Program-made: the position numbers and the translations under genes
Notes under the pieces: generated by a model
What the model was told of the DNA's origin: nothing
Databases searched by the model: none
What the model saw: the letters and a program-made list of their open reading frames with translations, nothing else
Part shown: positions 54,423 to 64,000 of the stretch, in pieces
Position numbering within the stretch: the stretch's first letter is position 1
Layout of the letters: each line of letters begins with the position of its first letter
Assembly (NCBI GenBank): GCA_051362555.1
Contig: CM120642.1
Coordinates: 28,334,001-28,398,000, forward strand
Length of the DNA stretch: 64,000 bases
Origin: Lingula anatina
Taxonomy: Eukaryota > Animalia > Brachiopoda
Reading direction: 5' to 3'

Positions 54423-55524
54423 AATTAAGAAATTATTTTTTTAATTTAGAAAAAAGGTCTTTTCTAAAAACAATTTCGTTACTGAGTTTCTTCATCTTAC
54501 GTGGAGAAATATCTTTTCATGTACTTATGGTTATATTTGTATTCTTTTAAATGTATTCAACAAGAAGGCAAACAAAAGTAAAAAAAATAAAGGCAACTTA
54601 AAAGTTAGGAATAAATTAGACGCAGGGTTGTTGTAAAACCAACAGTTTTGTTTGAAACACTGGGAAGCACAGGAATATGTCGACTATCAAAAAAGTATAA
54701 TGACAAATTGCGAAAGGGTGCACATTTTTTTTTTTTTTTTACCCAGATATATATTATAAGGGTTTTAAAGATATGTAAAACACTGAGAATTAAACAACAT
54801 TTGGTAATGGCACTTTTAAGGCAATATTTCCCTTATATTCGTGTGACATTGGTAACCATCTTGGATTTTTTCTAAATGCCCTAGGATTCATATGTCACAT
54901 ATGTATTTTGATGGTTTTAAGGATTATAAGAATATAATAGAAAATAAAATTATCTGAGATTGCCCCCTGGCAACCTGGCTATAATGGAACCATTCAAGAT
55001 ACAACCTAAAAAAGAGTAACAGCACGAGTTGATCGGCGCTTCCCCCGATTATAGGAGTCTTCCAAGGCGTGTGAGAAAATGCTTGAGGTGGGGTGGACTT
55101 TTTGGCAATGAAGATGAAACCCAAGAAAAAAATGACACGCAAAGCATGGTGAATACTGATGTACAATACACTGTAAGTCGGCAGTGATAAATCACACACC
55201 TCACTTATCTGCAGGTCTGACTCGGCTACATATGGCCTCAAAATCCCACAAAATCTCGCTTGATTTGCAGTAGGTCAAGAGACTTTGGGCTATTTCAGAT
55301 ACTTAAGTGGTACAAGTGGCACACATCAAGATATGAGGACTAATCCCCCTATCTATCCCCCCTTCCCATGTACGAAATGTCAGAGAGGATCGCGATATGA
55401 TTACATGCAATGTGATTGCAGGATTTATCCGTGTCAGCCTGAAGTTGGAGCTGATATTAGCCGCCCTCTTGGTCATTTCATTCACTCACGGTTTCTGTTT
55501 AGACAAGCTTACTTATTTCAGGAC

Positions 55525-58209
55525 ATGGAAAATGGCAAAACAGTAAAAAGTATTTTGCCTATTCAAGCACTTGGAGAGGACTTGGTAGAAACAGATGGCA
55601 TTAAAGAAACACGCGCTCATGCACGTGCTCAGAGTTCAACAAGTGCTGCGGTTGTGATGACAGCCGATTTAGAAGTGGGCACTGGTGCACGTGCTGAGAC
55701 ATTAGACAGAGGGTCTGGCTGTGCTGGTTTGGGGACAGAAACAAGTGACGAGCCAAGTTTTCCGGCTCGAGATGGGGGGTGGGGGTGGATGTGTGTTTTA
55801 GGATGGTTAACCGTAAACATCATAGGGGATGGCATAGACAGGACGTTTGGAGTAATCTACCTTATTCTGATTGATATGTTCGGTTCTAGTGCCAAATTGA
55901 CAGGAGGAGTTTTGTCGGTATTTTCTGCATGCCGTCACTGTCTAGGTGAGCGTCTTTAATGATTATTCCCTTAGGGACATATTTGATGAATAATTAAAAC
56001 TTATTAACGATATTTATACTGCTGATATAACTTTAAAATAGAAGGAAAATGGCGTGTTAGCAAAATTGAATTTCTCGGTGGGAACATTTTAAAAATCCAT
56101 ATTTAAGAAAACTTTCAGTGGTGTTTTGTAACACTGCACCACTTTCTGCTAATATTTAAAGAATAATTTATATGTAATATAATGTGTATATCAGACGAGA
56201 AATAATGTGTTGTTGGTTGGTCATGATTATTTATCAGAACAAGAACAGAGTTTACGTTAAACTTTTCGCTGATTTTCGTGCTTGAAGGAATGACATTCAT
56301 CAGACTATCGAATTTATATCGTCGGTAGGTCCTGTGAGCAATTCTCTTGCAAATCAATTCACAGCGCGGAAGGTGGTAATAAGCGGCGGCCTGTTAAGCA
56401 GTCTAGGGATAATACTAAGTGCTTTCCCACCAAATGTCTACTACATGTTCATTACCTTTGGACTAATTGCAGGTAAGCCTTAAAGACGCAAGTACGCTCC
56501 CGCTCGTGTATGTATATGTAGACGAGAAGAGTAAATTATTGACCCTTACGAATTGTTTTTTACATATATTCACTTGCAAACCCCTGGATCTCTCCCCTGT
56601 AAATTATACACACTTATCTCTTACTTTTAGCAGCCCCTTTTGCTCTTTTCGTTATATGCTTGAAAATCTGTCCTCTCACTTTTGGTTAACCTTAAATAAA
56701 TGTTGTAATTACGACACGCTCCCTGTAACTTTTTATTTTTGAAGCGCAAGTAGCTAGATAAGTGTTTTTTGCAGGAATTGGAGCTGCTCTTTGTTACGCG
56801 CCCAGTGCATTGATCGTCGGCCAGTCTTTCCACAAGAAACGTGCACTTGCCAACGGCATTGCCTCCCTTGGTTCTGGGATAGGGTCCTTGGCTTTACCAC
56901 CGTTCCTCGCTTATCTTGTATATCATTACGACTACAGTGGCCAGATGCTCATTATGGGGGCTATCATGCTGAACCAGGTAGTAAGCGGGGCTCTCTATAG
57001 GCCTCTGGTCCCCAAGAGAACTGTCAAGACCATTTCTGAAAAAGATGCCAAGAGGACGCAGAAAAAGTTAGAAATGAAACAAATGAATAAGGAAAATAAC
57101 GAGGATGAAACAAGTCAATTACCGTCGCAGCTATTTGCAGAATGTACTTTGCTGGAAAGTTGTTCACAAACATTTGAGAATCACGCCAAGGAGAACACAA
57201 CTTTTGAGAGGAATGCAGTACTCCAAGAACTGTGCGTATATGGCAATCTCTTAAAAGATGCGCGTTTTCTGACTTTTGGATTGAATTGGACATTTCTTGC
57301 AATGTGCGCTACGACAAATGTTATGTTCTTTGGTGCAATAGCCGAAGAGCACGGTGTCCCACGAAGTCAGTCGCCACTTCTTTATACCATACTGAGTATA
57401 TTTGACATTGCAACGAGGGGAACTCTTGCTTTCGTATTTGACCGTGATCAGGTAAGATCACTGCGGCACCATGCTTACAACATCAGTTTTGTCGTTATGG
57501 GTGTGACGCTTTTTCTCACTCCAGAGGCAAAAACGTTTCCCCAGTTTGCGGTGTGTGCATTGATCATTGGCATCTCACAAGCGATCATCATGGTGCTCAC
57601 CTTTGTGGTGATTGCTGATCTATTTGGCCAAGATATGCTGACGCATACTCTTGGACTTGGCCTGCTGTTTTACAGTTTGGGAATTTTAATGGGACCACCA
57701 ATTGCCGGTAAGTACATGCGACGACGCAACTCGCTTTCTGATCAAGACTGCAACTAGAGACACAATTAATTTCAATTTCTCAAGTATAGAAAGCAATGGG
57801 CCAGTAAGTCTTTTTATGAAGCAAAATCAATTGCTTCACCAACTCTCCAAAACAACGCTTCGTGCCAGGGAGAATTTAAACCTGCATCAGTGTCATGGCA
57901 TTAAAAAATACTAGGGTCTTATCTCTGAAAATTGTTCACGTCCACCTCTGGCGTTCCGTAATAGATCACATTTTGTCAAGACTTTATAAATATAATTATT
58001 TGAAACTGAATGAGTCCAATTTTAAAAAAACAATATGTTAGCTACTAATATAACACTTACTGTCTGATTCAGGATTGCTAAAGGATACATACGGGACGTA
58101 CCGATACTCATTCTACTTCAGCGGTTGGTGGGCTATAGCTGGAGCTGGGATGTTTCTTTTGAACACTTATCTCAGCAAGAGGGCAAGCAGACCTAAGGAG
58201 ATGGAATGA
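55525..58209 (+). CDS. SLC16/MCT-family transporter, paralog 6, divergent (~544 aa)
   Basis: join(55525-55945,56329-56472,56775-57707,58073-58209). The ATG follows an acceptor-like ttatttcag|gac, so an upstream exon is possible. PARDGGWGW motif and shorter central loop. Confidence 0.88.
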
Positions 58210-59157
58210 ATAATCTAAATACCTGCTGGAAAATCAACAATATGCTCTTTTCTTCTGTGGACTTCTCCAGAAAAATTGGACCAAGATAAAAACATTGACA
58301 GCATAGATTTTATGCTATTCGTCGTTTATTGTTTAAAAAAAAATAGAACAGCTAGGAGTGAAACGGGTTGTTTGTAGTACATGCAGTTTTGGCTTTGTCA
58401 TTCTCCAGCAATAAAGGTATCCAAGCCACAAAAATATTCACAATACGTCAAAACATATTTGACTTTGTTGAATGGTTTTAACTCATAATCATTCATATCA
58501 TACATGGGCAATATCTGTTTATGCATGCATATATGTACATTGCATAAAGGTGGCAATTCATTAATTCGCTATTCTAGCATTATATGCTCACCCTTGAAAA
58601 AATTACAATACATGGACTCCTAACTATTTCATAAATAGGCCTAATAGTTATGATGGGAAAACATTTAAGAGAGCTCACTGCTGACCATTTATGATTATAT
58701 ATATAGTTTATAAAGTAGAGATTTAAACATCAAATCTACCCAAGCACAATTAAGATATAGACCCAGCAAAGAGTTAAGATCTAAGGAATTACTTGAGTGA
58801 TGCAACACCTAAGCAGTACTTCTGTTCTAGGTTGAGATTGTTCAGTCAGCGAATAGATAGGTACCAATGGCATAACAAATCCCCCGCTTGCGTTTGTATG
58901 GGTACTTTATGCCTTGAGCAGAAAAGCAGCTACCACCCTAGCTTTTTCCCCAGCTTACAACTATCCAACTTCTTGATTGATATGGTCCCTTATAGTATAA
59001 CCTCTTTAAAATGTTTTATCAGTGTCACCTGTGTTCAGAAGATAACATACATATACGTAAAAGGACAACCAGTGAGGTCATTTGATTACTCAGCCACATT
59101 CTACCGTAAGAAGCAGCCGTGGGCGGAAAAGAGCAAACGAGAAAATAACGCAGCAAC

Positions 59158-62100
59158 ATGCCTTCCCATATCTCAAAGGGAGAAGTGTGTAGTACCAACG
59201 TAAGGGTAGAGATGTACATTGATTCTTGTGAACAGGATTCACAGAGGACGTCAGGCTGTGCGAAAGTCGATGCAGAAGCAGGTGCTGATTCTCGCGGAGA
59301 AGTATCAAAAGAGGTGTCGGATTGGGTGGGCTCTCGGACAGAGACTCAAGCTCCAGAAGGTGGATGGGGGTGGATGTGCGTTTTAGGATGTTTAACAGTT
59401 AACATCCTGGGATCTGGCATGGACAGGACGTTTGGAGTAGTCTACCTTATTCTGGTTGATACATTTGGTTATAGTGCTAAGTTGACAGGAGGGATCTTGT
59501 CGGTATTTTCTGCCTGTCGATTCTGTTTAGGTGAGTCTTTCATACTTATTGCAATATGATTCAAATAATACATGAGCGACGAACAAAGTTTTACATATTT
59601 GAAACGTGTTTTGTTTAAAAACAACAAGAACAGACTTCATAAACAATAATCGCCGTTTGCGATCTTGAGCCACAGATTTAAGAGCGCGAACGCACAATTA
59701 ACAACTGAAACCACGATTAGTCTACGATAGTCTACTAGTCACGCTCTCATCGAGGTCATCAGCTGTTTACAGATAATTTTATTTCTCAACCCTAAACTAT
59801 TTTCAACACTGAAGTAATGCTTTCTATGGGCGGCGGTTTATACAAAAATGCAAAACACGATTAGTCGTCATCGTTATCAGATCAGTCGAAATGAAAACAC
59901 GATTAGTCGTCGTCGTTATCAGATCAGAAGGCAAAATACGACTAGTAGTCGTCAAAACGCAACTAGTCATCAAAACGCATCTAGTCATCATCAAAACGCA
60001 ACTAGTCATCAAAACGCAACTAGTCATCATCAAAACGCAACTTGTCATCATCAAAACGCAACTAGTCATCATCAAAACGCAACTTGTCATCAAAACGCGA
60101 TTTGACGCCAGATGGCGCCCATTGTACGAAAATCTAGGCCAAGTCACATGATCCACAGTGATCAAAATGGCGGACGTTATTGAAGCAGCATTATCATATT
60201 CCTCGCTCGAACTCGAGAATTATCTCTAGGCGTACAATCTAATAATGATATTATATATATAATAATATCTGGAACTTGTGAAATGAGTACAACAATAAAG
60301 CAGTGCTTCACAAGTGTGTGTTTTTGTTTTTTTTTTAATTTATAACATGTCCAAATTATTTAATAAATTATTTAATTATTTATTATTTCGAGAATTATCT
60401 CTACGCGTACAATCTAATAATGATATTATATATATAATAATATCTCGAACTCGAGATAATTCTCGAGTTCGAGCGAGGAATATGATAATGCTGCTTCAAT
60501 AACGTCCGCCATTTTGATCACTGTGGATCATGTGACTTGGCCTAGATTTTCGTACAATGGGCGCCATCTGGCGTCAAATCGCGTTTTGATGACAAGTTGC
60601 GTTTTGATGATGACTAGTTGCGTTTTGATGATGACAAGTTGCGTTTTGATGATGACTAGTTGCGTTTTGATGACTAGTTGCGTTTTGATGACTAGTTGCG
60701 TTTTGACGACTACTAGTCGTATTTTGCCTTCTGATCTGATAACGACGACGACTAATCGTGTTTTCATTTCGACTGATCTGATAACGATGACGACTAATCG
60801 TGTTTTGCATTTTTGTATAAACCGCCGCCCATAGCTTTCTCAACATTCTCCGGCATATACGTAATACGGAACGCACCGAACGGGTAGGTAAGCGTATAAA
60901 CCGTTCGTGGTTTGAAACACGGTGCTAGTGACCAATACTTTCACGTTCGCGCCATGATATCCCGGTTTATGTCCATAATTTGACGTTTGTGTTAATAACA
61001 AATCCTAGGCTCGAGATCGCAAACGGCTAAGTCGTTTACAAGGCCTGAAGAAGGCGGCAAATAACGCATTTGCATTCAGAAGCATCACGGAACCTCAATA
61101 TGAGGAAGCAGAATAAAACATTCATTAAAAGAACAACATTAAGAGTTTGCAGATTACTTGTTTTTTATTACCATTCTTGGCTGATTTTTGTGCTCAATGC
61201 AGTATTATATAAAGTACTCATTATCGATAGGTCCAGTAAGCAGCTCCCTGGCCAATATATTCACAGCCCGGAAGGTGGTAATAAGCGGTGGTTTATTAAG
61301 CAGTCTGGGTCTGATACTTAGTGCCTTCCCACCTAATATCTACTACCTGTTCTTTACCTTTGGAATAGTTGCAGGTAGGCCTGAAAGTGGGTACAAGCGT
61401 GTGTTTGCATAACGTTAGAGTTACTGGGGCCTAGGAATTGTACCATCAAACATACTTTTTAACACACACTGAATCTGGTAAAAAGAGAGAACCTGACTTT
61501 TTGTTTTAGTTTTTCTAGAGGCACAAGGGTGGACAGTAGTTCAAGAAACCATTTCAAACAATGTATGTAAAAAAGAAAAAAATGCCTATCTGAACCTTGA
61601 AAGATTTCAAACAGATCTCCCTCAGCTGAAGCGCTATCAAAACCGTTTTTTTACGTCTCATTTCACAAAACAAAAAGCACGACAATCCACCGGTGCCACG
61701 GGATTTTGTTGAAAGGCTTACTTTTGATTTTATCAGGCGACATTATGCCTTTGTTTAGAGAACATCGTAACTAAGGGCTAAATACATTTCCTTAAAATTT
61801 AGCACTGGCACCATATCGTAGTTCACCCCCTAGACATTGACCATGCCAATTTTCCTGATAATTTCAAACTTATTTATTTACGTCGAAAACCTATCACCAT
61901 CTCACACCATTTACGCTCGGTTACCCTTAAACCCCCTTTACACTAGATGGCGTCCTTTCTGCGTTCTTTGTGCGACGATGAAAATGCCACCGCTGTGAAC
62001 GTAGAAAGGAGGTACAAGCAACGCTTTGGTTGCAGAATGAATGTACAATGATCGGCCAGTGTAAAGGGGGCTTTAGTGCTGAAGCGAGTAGGGTGGTGAT

Positions 62101-63751
62101 TTAAGCTACAAATAATGGATTCTGCTCTTAAACCCTAATTATTTTTAAAACAATTGAAATTGTGCTGATACGGAGATAAGTATATCAAATAAAAGAAACA
62201 GACAGAGAAAGCTATTTTGCCAAAGGTAGGTCTTTTTAATAATATACCCTCAATAGGTTTATTTGTGATAATACTTCTTCCAGGAAGTGGGGCAGCACTT
62301 TGTTACACACCAAGCACTGTGGTTATTGGTCAATATTTCCACAAGAAACGTGCACTTGCCAACGGTATTGCCTCCGTGGGTTCTGGGATAGGTTCCTTGA
62401 TATTACCACCGTTCCTCACTTATCTAGTATATCACTACGACTACAGAGGCCTGATGCTCATCATGGGTGCCATCATGCTGAACCAGGTGGTAAGTGGAGC
62501 CCTCTATAGACCTCTCGGACCTATGACTCCCAAGGCAAACCACGAACGACAGATAATTCCTTCTGATGGTAATGACCATGCTGAAAGCGCCACTATTGCA
62601 AGTACGTGTAAGTTCAAAGGAAATTATCAACCGGTTGACACAAAGAAAGAAGAAAAGTTGGAAATGGTCCCAACGAGTAAGAAAAGTGTCAAATCACAGG
62701 CAGAGGATGGATCGTCTGAATTTCTCGAATTACCCGCCATGGTATTTGCAGGAAGTGTTGTGCTGGAAGGTGCTTCACAAACATTTAAAGACCCAGGCCA
62801 GAGGAACACAATTTGGGACAGAAATGCAGTTCTAAATGAGCTATATGTATATGCAAATCTGCTGAAAGATATTAGTTTTCTGAGCTTTGCTGTACATTGG
62901 ACATTCCTGGCTATTGGCGCTCTATCGGGTCTGATGTTCCTTGGTGCAATAGCCGAGGAGCACGGGGTACCGCGAAGTCAGTCGGCAATTCTTTATTCCA
63001 TACTGAGTATATTTGACATCGCAGCCAGGATAGCGGATTCTCTTATCTTTGACCGGGCGTGGCTCAGAACACAGCGATGTCATGTATACAACATTCTTTT
63101 GGTCATTTTGGGCGCGGTGCATTGCCTACTCCCAGAAGGAAGAACGTTTCTCCAGTTTGCGGCATGTGCATCTTTGATAGGCTTATTACAAGGAGCAGTT
63201 ATGGGGCTATTCGTTGTAATGCTCGCTGACGTATTAGGCCCAGCTATGCTGAAGCATACATTGGGACTAGGTCTCGTGTTTTTTAGTGCTGGTACCTTAA
63301 CGGGACCACCAGCTTCGGGTAAGTTGATAATGCAACATGCCAAATTAAGATATATGAAGATGGAACCCACATCATTCCCATTCAGATACAATGTAGTGAC
63401 ACAAAGATCATCTTACCGTGTTAATAATTAATAACCTTTATAACTGAACTTCAAATACATTAAGGTACAGCCAATGAAGAAATACAAAGGATATGAATAT
63501 TTACACTTCCGAACTTGTTCTTTCTTAATGCTCATACGTGTACATATATTATAATATAAGGCAATATTATTAATTTTAGAGGGGGATTGTACAATTTGAT
63601 ATAAGACCTTTCTTTTTCAGGAAATCTTAAGGACGCATACGGGACGTACCGTTACTCATTCTACTTCAGCGGCTGTTGCTGTTTTGCTAGTGCTGGCTTC
63701 TTTCTTTTGAACACTTTTCTCAACAAGAAGTCGTGCAAAGACCCGAGATAG
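59158..63751 (+). CDS. SLC16/MCT-family transporter, paralog 7, divergent (~560 aa)
   Basis: join(59158-59530,61231-61374,62284-63318,63621-63751). APEGGWGW motif; intron 1 is enlarged by a foldback insertion. Confidence 0.89.
59824..60834. mobile_element. Foldback-type non-autonomous DNA transposon (long inverted arms with internal tandem repeats)
   Basis: Left arm 59824-60226 is the reverse complement of right arm 60453-60834, differing by one 21-bp repeat unit. Arms carry CAAAACGCAACTAGTCAT(CAT) repeats. GCTTTCT occurs at both boundaries (tgctttct / agctttct). Confidence 0.88.
61930..62072. mobile_element. PIF/Harbinger (Tourist)-like MITE
   Basis: TTA|AACCCCCTTTACACTAG ... CCAGTGTAAAGGGGGCT|TTA: TIRs with a 3-bp TTA TSD, in intron 2 of paralog 7. 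Confidence 0.75.
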
Positions 63752-63911
63752 ATTTTTCTCATGATGAAGGAATTTACATGTGACATTTTTAAAGGGGGAA
63801 AGGGGTGGGGTCTGTTGTATTGGGGCCTACTAATCTGTCGATATGAGATTTTAAAACTTGAATTTTTTTAATAGCTAAGCAAGTAATCAAGTTGTTACAA
63901 ATTATTTTTAA

Positions 63912-63987
63912 AATAATAATAATAATAATAATAATAATGATAAATAAATAAATAAATAAATAAATAGATAAATAAATAAATAGATAA
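63912..63987. repeat. (AAT)n/(AAAT)n microsatellite
   Basis: Directly visible. Confidence 0.85.
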
Positions 63988-64000
63988 CAAAAAGGACCCT

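Noticed and set aside
33575-54550. Recurrent MVVLRWSW... ORFs (33575, 39069, 43491, 54332)
   Set aside because: Alternative-frame readings of SLC16 exon 4; the spliced frame is LLKDEYGTYRY...GWWCFAG.
55285-55524. N-terminal extension of paralog 6 in the ORF track
   Set aside because: Starts at TTG, has no similarity to other paralogs, and an acceptor-like ttatttcag lies just before ATG 55525, so it is probably intronic or UTR.
30946-55835. Recurrent antisense ORFs MPAPRMFTVKHPKTHIQPHPPSG
   Set aside because: Antisense shadows of the conserved exon 1 (DGGWGW); their lengths and stops are not conserved.
59930-60100. CRISPR-like appearance of the short repeats
   Set aside because: Units are contiguous with no unique spacers, there are no cas genes, and the context is eukaryotic.
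59824-60876. Mirror-image repetitive ORFs (MITVDHVTW...MMTSCVL, HHQNATS, IIKTQLV) suggesting novel repeat proteins
   Set aside because: They are by-products of 18/21-bp (multiple-of-3) repeats in the foldback arms, open in several frames on both strands and located in an intron.

Overview
Eukaryotic, AT-rich, intron-containing animal DNA, probably from a protostome invertebrate (lophotrochozoan or mollusc is a guess from gene style, not a determination). The left half (2539-28976, minus strand) is one complete Abl non-receptor tyrosine kinase gene. I reconstruct 12 coding exons with GT-AG junctions and consistent phases, about 1319 aa: myristoylation-type N-terminus, SH3, SH2, kinase, long Pro-rich tail and F-actin-binding C-terminus. 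The right half (31016-63751, plus strand, divergent from abl) is a tandem array of seven apparently intact SLC16/monocarboxylate-transporter-family MFS genes, each with the same 4-coding-exon structure. The most notable observations are: (1) the seven transporter paralogs keep the TM1 basic residue and the TM8 D-x3-R pair but vary in predicted cavity-lining helices and show patchwork DNA identity suggestive of gene conversion; (2) the splice acceptor and 5' end of Abl exon 3 is triplicated, and one extra copy is in frame and would put a 43-aa hydrophobic insert in the SH3 domain; (3) a ~1-kb foldback element with ~400-bp near-perfect arms and internal 18/21-bp repeats lies in intron 1 of paralog 7; (4) several MITEs, including ones with 5-bp target-site duplications. 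All coordinates were read by eye and no searches were run.
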